This document shows, piece after piece, positions 27,406 to 41,711 of a stretch of DNA of 64,000 nt; position 1 is the stretch's first letter, and every line of letters starts with the position of its first letter. This DNA is from Chrysomallon squamiferum. Taxonomy: Eukaryota; Animalia; Mollusca. The stretch is taken from the NCBI GenBank assembly GCA_012295275.1, contig CM022673.1:310001-374000 (forward strand). The letters are read 5' to 3'. Below the pieces are notes generated by a model. The model made no database searches. It worked only from the letters and a program-made list of their open reading frames with translations, and was not told the DNA's origin. The translations under genes were made by a program, and so were the position numbers.

Positions 27406-27904
27406 TATTATTATTGTTATTATTATTATTATAAAGGGCAGTTACTTATTTGCTCTGTACTGTTTATTTAACTTTCAGATCCACATCAGAGACTGGCTTT
27501 ATTTCGTAAGTTAGAGGAGACCACCAAACTGAACCCTGTACGCATTCCCACCAGAAAAGTGTTACCAAGGAAGGAATATTTTCAAGGTATATATATATCT
27601 TATGCACACTTCTTATAACACTGAAATGACTTGGGTAGCATTAGCAAAGCCTTTTAAGTATTCTGATGATTTTAACATGTCTTTAGTCATGAAATGTTAC
27701 TGGGAATTAAGAATAATTTTAAGAGTACGAAAGAATAACAGGCTGTAGTTTTGTTGTTAGTAGCCAAGTTATGATAAGTTGCAGAACTCCATTATTTGAC
27801 ATGCCAGATATGGAGCACTGACTAGAACTGGAAATAATGCAATGTACATACTGAGGAGAATTAAACCTGTGATCTTCTCTAACCACTAACCCATTGACCA
27901 GTCG

Positions 27905-27943
<39 letters not shown>

Positions 27944-30064
27944 TCTTATATGTTTTTATAGTGTAAGTTATTCTTTCATGTTTTTATAATAACAATTTGT
28001 TTATTTAATTATTTATTAATATTTTTCTTAGCTAAAAATGAAATTGCAGAAGAAAAAATACTAACCACACAGCAAGAAGTTGCAACTCGAGTTCACCGAA
28101 CTTATGAATGGCTGCATACCCAAGTAGGAAGCATTGATACATTCAGTAACAAGTACGTAATCACTAGTATATGTATGTACATATAGGTTACAGAGAATGT
28201 GTATAATGCTAAAACTTTTAGGTATTATGAGTAATGTCTGATCAAACATGAATTATGTATACTGCCTGAAATTTCAGGTAATTAACATAATATATTTATA
28301 ATACCTGAAAGTTAGTTTGTCAGAGAATGTGTATAAATAGGGATTATATATCATATCTGAAATTTTCAAGGACTATGCATAATTCCTGAATGAATAATGA
28401 CATTAAATATAACCCCTGCTTATACACATCCCCTGTAACATTTATATATTATAAATAATCTCAGTAGCATAAATTTTGAAAGAGATATTATTGTTTTTTT
28501 AATCACAGGCTGTAATACCCCTCCTCATTTTTTTTGTTCTGCTGTATTTATTACAACACTTAATAATCTCTGTAGCATATTTTAATATTTATTCTAATAT
28601 TTACAAAAAACTTTATCCATTGATTAGTTCAGCTATTGTACAAAATAAATTCCTGTCTAAATCTGTTATATATTTTCCCTTTTGAAAAAAGCTCTGTCCT
28701 TGACAAGTGTGCCACAAGCATTTGAATTATTGCAGTCTGTAACTTGCTGGTTTTAATAGTACTCATGAATCATTAAGACACCATGTACTTTTTTTTGCAC
28801 CTAAATATAACAGTTTATTTATCAGTAAAAAGGATTTGATAATCCACAATTCGAACAGTTAGGGAAATTCCCATACCCATAACCTTCAGGAGAATTTTAT
28901 GTGTTAAACTGCAACATTAATAATAACTTGAGTTTAGGAAGAAACTGAAATTATTAATCAAATAATGTTGGTTTTATTAATGGATGCATGATCATTTTTA
29001 TTTACTTTTCTTTTAAGAAATACACAACAAATTTCATCTTATGCGAGTGAAACCAATTTACCCAAAATGGACCCTGATATTACAGCTGGTAAAAGAATAT
29101 ATCTCGTGGTAAGTTGTTTAAGACAAGTATTAATTATGTTGTGAATAAATAAATAACCCAATGAAATAGAAGCAAGAAATTAAGAAATCATTTTAATTTC
29201 ATATAAGCAAAGTTGGAATGTGTAGTTATTACAGGTTTTGGATTCAGTAATTAATTAATTTATTTTTAGAGTAACAAATTATTATTAAACATTTTTTTTT
29301 TTTTTTTTCAAATATGAAAGTAAACAAAAATTAATCAAAATACAATTTTAAATGTTGCATTTTAATTCTAGATATTGAATTATTTAATATTATTCTTAAC
29401 ATATTTATTCCGTGCTTGAGATATTTTCCTGCCTCTGTATCAATAATTAGGTTAGGTCACCAAGGTAACTGTCATCAATGAATTCAGCCTAGCCTTATTA
29501 TGAAATATGAAATGTAAATTTTATTACTTTATTATTAGAATAGTCCTGTCTCCATTGGTCCTAACGACAGTGTCAGTGTAGCTGATGCATCCTATCAGAG
29601 ACGTTACTCTTTGGGAGAGAATCTACATTTGACAGGTAAGTAAAACATACATTTAATTACACTTAGCGATAAAACAAGAGCCTAATTTTTCAATAGTTCA
29701 AAGTGCCTACAATAGAGTAAATGATCTCATGTTTGTCAGTTACCCCAATTAACAGCCATTTTTGTTATTACACAGAGATCTCGAGATTTCCACTTATTAG
29801 TGCTCTGTAATACAAGTTTAATAATTCAGCTTGATTGCAAATATATCATACATTTTAAAGTTTTCTAACATATGAAGGAGGATTCTGTCATTTTTTGTTA
29901 TATTAATTTCACTGTGTATTCCAGGTTATGGTACACATCTGCCACAAATTAAGACCCATTCTGCTGGAAGTGAACACAGCAGAGAGAAAATGTCTTGGAG
30001 AAAGAAACAGACTGATTCAGATGTTGGGTGGGGTGGTGGCAGAAAGCGAAAAGGAGCTAAATAA
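11551..30064 (+). CDS. LRRIQ1: Leucine-rich repeat and IQ domain-containing protein 1
   Basis: About 29 GT-AG coding exons (e.g. 11551-11727, 12264-12369, 12767-12843, 13408-13585, 14310-14419, 17213-18106, 20348-20541, 24233-24470, 29925-30064). IQ motifs (IQSWYRGTRVRK, IQAVYRGYRVRK, IQAVWRGYITRR, IQAAWRGYFLR), an E/K/R-rich helix, an LRR array (LHTLLLAHNQL, LQYLDLSNNHL) and a C-terminal EEWGFHNVRTAELMLQRAKKMK motif that I recognise from LRRIQ1. Confidence 0.88.
17213..17720 (+). repeat. Purine-rich low-complexity coding tract encoding an E/K/R single-alpha-helix-like segment of LRRIQ1
   Basis: Translation KKKEEQEKKKKEEEERKRKEKEERK... with alternating acidic and basic blocks. Confidence 0.8.
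22161..22975 (+). repeat. ~64-bp dispersed direct repeat in two LRRIQ1 introns (22161-22225 and 22912-22975)
   Basis: Both copies read actagtat..ttgttca(c/t)tgttttgttgagattaaaaacaatactggaactatctttattattaa. Confidence 0.85.
26630..26790 (+). mobile_element. Degenerate SINE-like fragment
   Basis: Shares aaaagat..cttg(t/c)tgctaat with 34030-34052. Resembles a gastropod tRNA-derived SINE core from recall only. Confidence 0.3.
27805..27900 (-). mobile_element. Degenerate SINE-like fragment
   Basis: ggagcactg..tagaactggaaata...accact resembles 52850-52950 (ggaatacttgttggaacgggaaatggctca...accactgagc) and 51859-51882. Confidence 0.35.
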
Positions 30065-31749
30065 ATGTACTTAAGAGGAATATTTGTGTGTGCTTTTGGC
30101 CTTTATTTGCCGTTCATTGTTAGGTTACTTAATGGATGGTTTTCTTCTGTTGGCAAACAAAAATAGAAACATATTTGTATTAAACTTCTTTAGTATGTAA
30201 CACATCCATCAATACATTTGTACATAATTATTAGTTTTGATGTGTACTTATGGATGTTCTTTTTAATTTTGAAAACGTAAGTAACACTGAACAGTTTTGG
30301 AACCAAACTCATGGATGCTTTTTTAATTTTAAAAACATGTAACACCTTGAACAAAACCCCATTTTTGGGGTTAGTTTTGGAATTAAATTTATGGATATTC
30401 TGTAACAAAATAAATGTTTAAAACTTGTTTTGGTGAATAGATAACCATAAATAATAATAACTAAATAAATTTTAATGATAAAAAAGATTTAAATAAATTA
30501 AATGCTACATAATTTTGTTTATTTATTATTATTTTACAATAGTGATAATCTTGATTTTATTGTTACTACAATATTTGCATAACATTATTTATATATTTAT
30601 TATTATTATTTTCAATCAAGTAGTTAATAAATTAATTAATTAATATAACTACATTTTTTGAAAGGATCCACTAAAATATCAGATTATCACAGCTTACCCT
30701 TTAATCACTGTAAGGTTGATTAAAATATAAATCTGATAGGCTGTATAGTATAATTATGTGTAAGTGGATCTGACATAAATAATTTCAAAAATATTAAATC
30801 AGTAAATGTCACAGCTTGAAAATATAGCAAACAGTGTTTGAATTGATTTGTACATCTGTTGCATTCAGGTGAACTGTTAGTTTATATTATGCCATATGTT
30901 AATTAGAACAAAATTCACAAATTTATGTGATCCTGCTGTTACAGTTTTGTTTTTTAGTTCTTAGTCTAAAACCTTTTTATTCATTCTAGCCTGGATGGGC
31001 CTCAGCCTGTATTCCCATTTTTAAATTTGTTTTTGCAAAAAAAATTAATTATAATTTTCTATTTATTTGTAATTTTTATTTCTTGTTATTCCATTACCAT
31101 GGTGGAATATTATTTATTGTAAAATAAAATTGTTTTCTTAATATGTTATGAATAATAATAATAATAATGATGATGATGATGATGATGATAATAATTACTT
31201 TTAGATAAATTGGTTAAAAATATATATATATATATATATAAAAAAAAAAAAAAAAAAGAAAGAAAACAGTTCTTCTATAATGAAACGTTTGTTTCTTCAT
31301 GATTGAATTTAAATATTAAAAAAAAAAAAAAAAAAATTAGCAATCCATGACCAAATCTCATAATACAGTGCTTTAAAATTCTAGTACATAAAATTTATAA
31401 GGATGTCAAATGTTGAAATACATTCAACTTTATCATAAGGCAAAAAATCTAAAATAGTTCAAGATGGCTGAAATATATAGGTCTAATATTATACTAACAA
31501 CAAGTGTATTTGATACTCTGTCTTACTGTAGAGTTTAAGACATCCTGATAGCACAACTGTGACTCAGATGCTGTTATGTGTAAGTTTGTTTGTCATACAG
31601 GAAAGTCATTTAGATCCTGCTTGGATAATGTTACATGAAATACAAATTTCTAAAGTTTTATGTTAGAAATGATAAAGCTCCCAGAAACTGTAGAAATCTC
31701 GGGTGAGTTCGTTTAGTAACAATATTTTCACAACATAAAAGTGTATGAA

Positions 31750-31780
<31 letters not shown>

Positions 31781-32027
31781 ATATTTGAACACACACACAT
31801 GATATAAATAATTAAATTGTCATTTGTAATGTTGGTTGGTATTAGAACTTTCAATAAAATGAAACCTACAGCTTGTATTATATATATTTATTTATTATGA
31901 AAATTATTTAAGGTTTTTATATTTGCTTGAAAATAAAAATATTTACTCACAACTTGGCCTATTCTTATTTTCTATAAATATTTATTATTTTATTATTGTT
32001 TACTTATTAATATTGCTGATTGGATTA

Positions 32028-32068
<41 letters not shown>

Positions 32069-33049
32069 CATAAATTAGAGAGGCGTTCACGAGCGCACGC
32101 ACACACACACACACATGCTGTAAAACGGGTAAAATTCACATCTGAAACGATGGGCTGCAGAAACTATCTAACTGCAGAGTAAAGGTAAATGACAAAAATA
32201 TATTAATAATAAAATTAATTTAAAAAGAAAAAGAAGAAATCAATAAAAACGCCGCAGAAATAATCACAATGATTAAAAATATCGACATGCTTTTGGTTTA
32301 AAGATTACGTCGGCTTTAGCACGTCAAAAGTGAAATCATTTTAAAGTAACACTTTAGTTAAAACGTACAACTATAAATACCAGTCATTTCATTAATAATA
32401 AAACAATAATATATGAGTAGATAATCTAGCAAGTTAGACCAGCAGAATATATTTTTATATCCATTCTTTTTTTCTTATTTTATTTTATTTATTTATTTAT
32501 TCATTTATTTTAAATTATTATTATTTTTTTCATTTTGTTTCTAAATCCAACTTTTAGGATATCTTTTGCACACGACACTGCTCCAGGTAAACAAGTTTTG
32601 ACAATCGATTTCTGTGCAGGTGTTAATTTTCAATTTCAACGTAGAAGGAACTGTTTGACAGTCAACTGACCAGTTATTTTCAGGTATATTTTACAACCAT
32701 TTTTGTTTATTTTTTCGGGAAGAATGTTTTAGTTGTTATTTCGTTGTTATAAAAACGCACCTGTAAAATCACGTAATACGGTAATTGATTTTTTTATGCT
32801 TAGCTAGAATAGAATAGTACAAGTTATAAAGGTTTGTTTACGCAGGATTAATTACCCAGCCAGTAAATCATTAAGTCTGCATTCACGGAAACTGTACACT
32901 ATGCACGGTCCGGTACACACCCTTAAGACCTTATCCCCAAATCTGCCGGGGAAAAACTGGTCATATAAAACGTAAATGGTACAGACAAGTTCAACTCGAT
33001 AAAATAAAATTAACAACTCATTGGCTAGTACAAGTGTAAGTTTAAATTT

Positions 33050-33051
33050 AA

Positions 33052-33115
<64 letters not shown>

Positions 33116-33182
33116 AATAAAATTATTAAATAAAACAAAATGGACTATTTGCTATAATTTTCTGAATCTTTTTCATGCTTTA

Positions 33183-33248
<66 letters not shown>

Positions 33249-33355
33249 AATAAATAAAAATAACAAAATTATTAAATAAAACAAAATGGACTATTTGCTG
33301 TAATTTTCTGAATCTTTTTCATGCTTTAAAAATAATAATAATAATAATAATAATA
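33050..33355 (+). repeat. Tandem duplication of a ~65-bp unit embedded in (AAT)n tracts
   Basis: aaaattattaaataaaacaaaatggactatttgct(a/g)taattttctgaatctttttcatgctttaaa at about 33119-33184 and 33265-33330. Confidence 0.9.
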
Positions 33356-33465
33356 AACCCATATTTATAAAATAACAGAATAATAATTGGAGAAAATTAT
33401 CTAAAATAACAAAGTTATAATTATATTTGTTAACCTTCTGCCTATTCAGTGAAAATATTTCTAAG

Positions 33466-35646
33466 ATGGCAGACTCTAAGCAAGCAGAAACTTTGCCTGG
33501 TGAACAAACTGGTCCACCACCATACTCTGCTCAGCCAGATCAGCCAGGATATCCTCCTGCAGGTGGTCCGCCAGGATATCCTCCTGCAGGTGGTCAGCCA
33601 GGATATCCTCCTGCAGGTGGTCCGCCAGGATATCCCCCTCAGCCAGGATATCAAACAGGACAGAGTAAGTAAACAACTACACACACATACACATGCATGC
33701 ACACACGGACATGCACACATATATTCATATGTATAAACATACTTACATATATATTCATATGTACATATATATAACACACATATACACAGACATATATTCA
33801 TATGTATATATATATATATACACACACATATATATAATACACATACACACACATACATACACATATACACATTCACTAAAGAATATTTAACCTTAAAAAA
33901 GCTTTAAAAAATAACAAAGTACCTTGGAAATTCTTAATATAATATGTGGTAATTCTTAATATAATATAATTAGTTAAGGTGTGTGTGTGTGTTATATACC
34001 TTAAAATTCCTGTGTAAGGAAAGGGGAACTAAAAAATCCCTTGCTGCTAATTGATAAGATAGCAGCAAGTTTTTTGTTTAATATCATCATTGTAGAAAAA
34101 GCATATATTTGACAGCTGCTAACTATTAATTTATTAAAATTTTACCTCACTCTGATTTGAAATAGTTATCTTTTTTCTGCTTATATTTATGCTATGTTTC
34201 AAGAGGATATAAAGTTCAGTTATCCATTTTAATATGAAATAAATTATAAAATTCAAAATGTTGTTCTTTTGCTTTTGTATATACATATGGACATATATAC
34301 ACATTAAACCATATAATATATTTATTATTTATTATTTTTATTTGTTTGTTATAACAGCAGTTGTTGTCACTCAGCCAGTGTATGGGGTGAGTGGGCCTTT
34401 GCCAGGTTCATCGTGCCGTTATCAACAGTATCCAATGCTGATTGTCTGTCAACACTGTGGAGCAACAGTTACAACCACGACAACATATGAAGTGGGATTA
34501 CTGACATACGCAGCTGCTGGAATAATCTGCCTTTTTGGGTAATGGTTATTAATTCAGTTATTTCTTAGCATCATTGAAATGTGAACAAAACGACAAATTA
34601 TACTCTCTGCATGGTCTGTTTATAAAACCATGTTCATCTTCGATGTTTTTATAAGCCACTTTATTTTTTTATTTTATTTTTTTGATATAGGTATTTGTGA
34701 TTAGAATTCATTGTGGTGCACAGTATTTTGTTATTTTGTTTAATAAATCAGTCAGGTATGTACCTGTGGTGCAATTAGTACAGGGTCTAATAAAATTAGC
34801 ACAGTATGATGGTAAATTAAAACTGTTAAAAACCATTTGAATGATGCCATTTTATCTGGAGTTATCTGCACATTACATACATATTGGCGGACTGATGCTT
34901 GTATTCTTCTGGTGCAAGAAAAAAAGTTTATACTAAGCAGATCCACCCTGTACATGATCACATCAATACTACAGAAACATGGCAACCCACAGATACTTTT
35001 AAATTGTACTCTTTTACTTCATTATTAATTAATACTGGACTGCAAATATAATAATTTGGAAGAATGCAGAATGTATTTAGACAGCTTATTCACATCTTCA
35101 CAGGTTCACTTTAACCCTTTCAACACCATTGGTTAATTATTTTAATAACATGCTGGAAGACTTTCATTATTTTCATATTATTTAATTTTTCATGTGTTTT
35201 GTATACAGAATGGGTAAAAAATAGGTAATTTTTTTTCAAAAATACCTGGGATTTGGAAGTATATAATGTATGTAATACGCGAATTCTATAAAACATAACA
35301 CTCACATTTGCCTTTGCTTATGAGATATCACCTAATTTTATTTAAAAATGTATGTTAGAATAAAAAGTTTGAAAGAATCTTGAAAAAGTTATGTTAACTT
35401 CTTTTCTATGTCAAAAAATAGTTTTTGTTTATTATGTAAAACTATAAGGAACAGTGAATTTATCTTCTTTATTTATGTACTGTTTTTTTTTATATCATTA
35501 AATAAAATTTAATATTACTGTTTTAATATTTTAGATGCTGGCTGGGTTGCTGCCTTATTCCTTTCTGCATTGATGCATCTAAAGATGTCACCCATACCTG
35601 TCCAAACTGCAACAAGCTCAATGGGAAGTTCCGACATTTAAGTTAA
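33466..35646 (+). CDS. LITAF: LITAF-domain protein (LITAF/CDIP1 family), copy 1, with Pro/Gly/Tyr-rich PPxY N-terminus
   Basis: Exons 33466-33664, 34358 or 34361 to 34538 (NAGNAG acceptor), 35535-35646. Motifs PPPY, CQHC, hydrophobic VGLLTYAAAGIICLFGCWLGCCLIPFC and KDVTHTCPNC. Confidence 0.93.
33544..33652 (+). repeat. 27-bp coding tandem repeat (PGYPPAGG[P/Q]) x3 plus partial copies
   Basis: ccaggatatcctcctgcaggtggtc(c/a)g starts at 33544, 33571 and 33598, with partial units at 33625 and 33643. Confidence 0.95.
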
Positions 35647-36474
35647 ACAAGAATTTCTTGCCTTATCTAACCTGCAACTTGATGTTATCACTGGCTTCAG
35701 AAATAATTAAATAATATCTTAAAAATTACAGTTGATTAAATTCATAAATTTAAAAAAAAAATGTATAAAATAATACCTTATCCCTTGTTTGTCAAAAAGT
35801 AAATTATTTTCAAGCTGAATAATAAAATTATATACAAAAATATTTTTAAAAAAACCCCACTTGTTTTGAAATTTATATTTTTGTTTTAAAAAAAAAAAAA
35901 ACAAAAACATTCAGCATTAAATTGGTAAATTCTTGTTGCTCATAAATTGTGAGCTTTGTGAATAGCAAGTATTGTTCTAGAATGTCTGTCATCTAGTGTT
36001 GTAAAAACTGATTCATTTGTATTGCTTAGTTTGTCTCATGTATTGCTGTGACAGATTTTGATATCTTTTTTTTACAATGGTGGAAGGGCAGCATTATATT
36101 TTAACTATATATTAAAATTACAACAATTCTATTTTTTAATTATAAAGATTACTGTTCAGTGAGGTCTGCATTTTCATTTCATCAGCATTTAGATTTGAAG
36201 AAAAACCTGGTATTTTGTTTATTTGTAATTTCCATTATTCTGATCTGAAAATATTTTAGACTGTTTTTGTTGCCACAGTCCTGTGGATATTTGTTTGATT
36301 CTAAATTAATTGTACAGAATAATGTACTAAAATAATTTCAAGGGATGTTTTTTCATTGTAACTGTTATGAGACTAAATCAGACTGTAAAAATATTAAATT
36401 GGTAGCCACTTTTCTTTAATACAGGTTGAGTAGAAGATAGAACTTTTCTTATTTTCCCAAGACGAATCATAACC

Positions 36475-36536
36475 TTTCATTTTGTTTTCTCTAGATAAAT
36501 CATTGCCTTTCATTTTGTTTTCTCTAGATAAATCAT
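36475..36536 (+). repeat. 33-bp tandem duplication downstream of LITAF copy 1
   Basis: cctttcattttgttttctctagataaatcat occurs twice in tandem. Confidence 0.85.
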
Positions 36537-38479
36537 AATCTCTCAGTTTAACAAAACACTAAAAGTACATTCAGACTGTTTCATTACTTTCTGTTACGAA
36601 GACAGTTTAATTTTATACGGATATTACTGTTTGGGACAATAATATGTAAAAACTTAGATTGTTTTTATTTTGATGAACCATATTACTGGTTGCACAGAGA
36701 AAAACATCCCTTTAAAATTATTAATATTTAACAGATAAAGCATTCCTTCCTTTTTTTCTCAACTCATCAAATGCATATAATTTTGTTCTTGTTTATTCTT
36801 CCGAGTTGAATTTACAGATCTTTTATTTTTTCACTTCTTGATGGATTGACATTCTCTTTCAGTGAATATGTATTAATATTTGTCTCATGTTTTATATTTT
36901 GAAACATAAAATATTTTATATTGATTCCTTAACCATAAATGTGGTGGCCTTATAGAGATCTGCATAAAAATATATATTTGTTGGTTGTTATTTGGCGTAA
37001 TAACAACTGATGTATGTGATAATCACTGTTGCAATGTTTAGAACTTTGTTACTTTTTAACTGTTGGTATCTGGTGCATGGTACTACCTCGCATATAATTT
37101 TATAAACTGAATAAAATTATCTTACAGGACAACACATACCACAGCTTTTTTCAGAGTCTAAGAGGACTTGTTTGAAAAAGGAAATGATAAGATGTCCTCT
37201 GGTACAATCACAGCTTTTTAATTACTGTACTTTAGAACTTAAAAAAAAAAATTAATGTACTGGTGAAAACAAATCTATTTCTGAATCAGTTGAAAGAATG
37301 AATGAACATTTAGCAACAACCAAGCAGTTATATATCCATTATTGGGCACTAGTTGTTTTAGTAGAAAAATTCAAGGTTATCAAATGTTCCAGTTGAAATT
37401 GTTCATCTGCTGCAAAAATTATGAAACAGGAAGTTAACAAACATCTGAGTTCGTTTTATTTACATAAAATTAAATGAAAACAGGACCATTTATTTGTTTT
37501 GTCATACTTTTTAACAGTTTATTTTTTACTGATTATAAATTGTGTTTTCAGTTTCTTTATATAAATGTTTTATTATTTATATATTTGATATGAACATTCT
37601 GTTGAAATTTATTACATTTTTGTTTTCAAATTAATATTTTCTTTTGAATAATTAATAATAATTATTATTATCATCATTACTTTGCATTATTGTTTTTATA
37701 GGCCTAATTTCAGTTTGATATTGTTTTTAAAACGAATGATTATATGTGATGTATATATTTACATGTGTATAAGCATTTTATGGGATTTCCTTATTAATGA
37801 ATGACCAGATATGAACTTTATAAAGGACAGTTTGTATAATTAGTTTATATATTAATAAAAAGTTATTTATTTATATAAGTCAAAGCTATTTTTCTGTATG
37901 TTTTCTAAAGTGGCATTATAAAATTGTATAATTTTTAAAACTTTTTATTTTTTAAAATTATGTTTATGTATTGAATAACCAGTTGCATTTGCTTATAAAA
38001 CTGTTACAAATTTGACACTGATTTTATTTTTTTTATTTATCTTTAGTAAATATATATGCTTAAATGTGGTTCTGTTTTTTCATAAAAAATAAAAATAAAA
38101 AACTGAATCATAATTTTTGGCTTCAAGCTTTATTGTATTGTCTTTAAAAGAAATGCAAAAGCTGTCTGTTTCGTTATTATACCCACGCTTAATTGAGAAA
38201 TTTTGCATATCTCATATCGCAGGGTTGCATCATGTAACTATGATAACAACACAGGTATCTTGACATACACTAAGGGTGAAATCAATTATCAAAAGAAATG
38301 ATTTAAAATGTCACATTAATGGACAGGTATTTTAAATTTATTTATATATTTATTATATTATTATTATTATTTGTATTATTATTTGTATTTAAAGGAAATA
38401 ATTTTTGTAGATAATATTATTTGGATAATGACATTTCTACCTGATGGGTTTTGGTGTCTCTGTCTGCCTGCCTGCCTGA

Positions 38480-38487
<8 letters not shown>

Positions 38488-38546
<59 letters not shown>
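38488..38546. repeat. (CT)n microsatellite
   Basis: Perfect dinucleotide run. Confidence 0.95.
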
Positions 38547-38551
<5 letters not shown>

Positions 38552-39970
38552 TTTAGTACAGATGAGCATAAAATGCTTTTGTTTAAAATAAATACAAAGT
38601 GTCGTCAGGTAATTACAGAGTTTGAAAGAAAATGCACACCACGAATTACTTCATAATAATTCGTTTTTAATAAACGTGAAATGAATAAGAAATGTTTCTC
38701 TGAATTTGGCAAATAAATTAAATCATTAAGAAAGTAATAATCTTGATGATGATGATAATAAGTAAATAAATAAATAAAATACAATTTTAAAAAAACAAAA
38801 AAAAAAAAAGAAGAAGGAAATAATTTCAGTAAATTTATTTTTTAGCAAATATAAATTGACAAACTATACATGGTATAAAGAACAAATAACAGATTTCATT
38901 ACTAGTATAAGGTTGTATATAAATAACACACCAAAGAACACGAAATTTGTAAATGCTGAATTCAAAATAAAATATACAGTTTATAATTCATATTCAGCAA
39001 GCATAAATGTCTGATTCATACAGAAATATCAGATGGTTATAGTTCTTAATTGTTAAAAGCTCCATGTGATCACTTAGTTATCTGGAAGGTTAGGAAAAGT
39101 TCTATGGTTGTTATTATCACAGTAGTTACCTTTCTGATACTAAGCTAAAGATATACAATCATAACTACAGCATATAATTGATGATCAAGTAAAACGGAAA
39201 AATGTTTTAATACAACAAATATTTAATTTAGTCTACAAACTGGCCTAGGTGATGATTATATACATTATTATATATGCACATGTGTACTTATGTATGTATG
39301 TATGTATCTATGTATGTATGTATATATATATATATACATTTATGAATGTGAAAAAAAGTAGATTTTCTTTTTCACTTTTTTACAACAAAGATACACAATC
39401 AGTTACCTTTGCTTGTATGTTTATGTCATATTACCAAAACGCAGTAGATAAAACTTAGAACAAAGAAACCAGTTCAAACTAATCTTGCAGATTACAGAAT
39501 TACTAACTTTAAAGAACTTTCATACTATCCATAAAAGGCCTAAATACATTTCTCTATACATTTATTATTATTCCCAGGCGACTACTCTTTGCTAGTAATA
39601 AATGATGACAAACTGCTGAGCTTCTGAAAATGAATAGATGATAGTATTCTCGTGGCACACATAATTTCATACATGGATATGTAAAAACGTAAAATCAAAT
39701 CAAATACGACTCAGCTGATTGAAGTAAATTCTCAAGAAGTTGTCCCATCCTCTGCGTATCAGATATTTTTATTTATTTATTTATTTTTCTTAATTTTTAA
39801 AAAATTTTTAATATTATAATGCATCGTCGGAGTAATGTATCTGTATTATTATTATCTGGTATGCATGGATGGCTGCTTGTACCCCTCCTGGTCTTTTAAT
39901 CAAACAGTGGGCAAGAGCCAAGGTTCCCAATCTGTAATTGCCCTAATTAAACCAGCCCCCTCGCAAAAAT

Positions 39971-40014
<44 letters not shown>

Positions 40015-40406
40015 GTTGTTTTTGCTGTTTATTTATAAAACTCCCCATTACAATATTAACACAGAATGTATGCGCGCGCACTATGATGATTATAACATTA
40101 TTAATTATACATACATTATTAGTAACAAACAAACAGTTCGTTATCTAGTATATACGTTAAGTGTTTTAAATTTAAATAGTTAAATAAAAATAAAAATGAA
40201 GATCTAGAAAAAGAAGTTTAAGATTTTTTTAAATGTTTATTTATTTTTGTTTGTTTTATTTACTTTTTTATTTATTTATTTATGTAATTTATTTTTTATT
40301 TAATTACAGTTTGTTGATGTTGTTTTTTTGGTATTATTTTTTTTTTTTATTTATGTAATTTATTTTATTTAATTACTGTTGATGTTTTTTATTTTTATTT
40401 TTTTTA

Positions 40407-40449
<43 letters not shown>

Positions 40450-40862
40450 GCTTTTTTATTACGAGAACATTCCGGTTTTGACATTCCGATATCTGGTAAC
40501 CTACATTCATCGGTGTCAGCCAAAGAGGCTCAGATTTTGAACGTGTTTATTTATTTATTTATTTATTTGTTTATTTATTTTAACACATTTTCCAGATTAT
40601 TATTATTATTATTATTATTGTTACCGTTGTTGTTGTTGTAGTTGTTATTATTATTATTATTATTATTTAATCATTATTTGAGTCAGTTTAGAACATAGGT
40701 TAAAAAAAAAAATTCTTTCTCTGTACGATATCCATTATGTTATAAAACTAAAAACAAAACACACACACGCAAAATAATAACATAAAATTAAATTAAATTA
40801 AAACAAAACAAAATAAAAAAACAATAACAAATGAATAAATAACAATAACAATAACAATAACA

Positions 40863-40932
<70 letters not shown>

Positions 40933-40983
40933 CAGGCCATGTAAACTGTGAGATGTTTGCTGGTCATTTAAACACGTTTTTGT

Positions 40984-41673
40984 TTAACGCAGACGATAGA
41001 ATTTGCCGTTGAGCCTGTGGCAGTTCGGGCACGTGTGAACGACGTCTCTGGTAGCATCAATGCAACAAGGAATCAGGCAACATCCTAACACACATCTAAA
41101 AAACACATACATTAAAACAAACAACAGTCAGAGAAGTAAACATTCAACAGCAAAAACAAAGAAGTAAATAATCAACAACAAAAGCAAAGAATGAAATAAG
41201 ACAAAAAAAAAAAAAATAATAATAATAATAATAATAAATGTAATCACATCAAAAAAATTATAAATAGATAGATAGATAAATAAATGGATTGAATGAATAG
41301 ATAGAAACATATTTAGATAGATAGATGGTGGGTTAGATAGATAATTATATAAATGAATAAATAAATGAATAAACTAATAATAATAATAAAATAAAATAGA
41401 ATAAAATAATAAAATAACGATATTCCTTTTATAAAAAAATAAATAAATAAATAAAATAAAATAAAATATTAAAAGTAAATAAAAACTCCAATAAAGTAAA
41501 ATATTTCCCGTTACCCTCCACCACACACAAACATAGATACATATAAACAGACACAAACACAAAGCAGCAATGAAACACACACACAAAAAAAGCTCACAAA
41601 CCTCCTAAATATCTCAAAACAAAACAAAAGAAGCAAAAAAAAAAAAAAAAAAAAAATTAAACCCCCAAAACAG

Positions 41674-41711
<38 letters not shown>

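Noticed and set aside
27259-27471. Poly-His/poly-Tyr ORF
   Set aside because: (CAT)n(TAT)n microsatellite in an LRRIQ1 intron.
33544-33652. CRISPR-like array
   Set aside because: Contiguous coding tandem repeats with no unique spacers, in eukaryotic context.
33442-33876. Minus-strand repeat-containing ORFs (ISWRTTCRR / LADHLQED)
   Set aside because: Alternative-frame reads of the LITAF 27-bp repeat plus a TA/CA microsatellite.
39840-39965. GC-richer island between the LITAF genes
   Set aside because: No ORF, repeat or RNA structure I can support; could be an enhancer but there is no evidence here.
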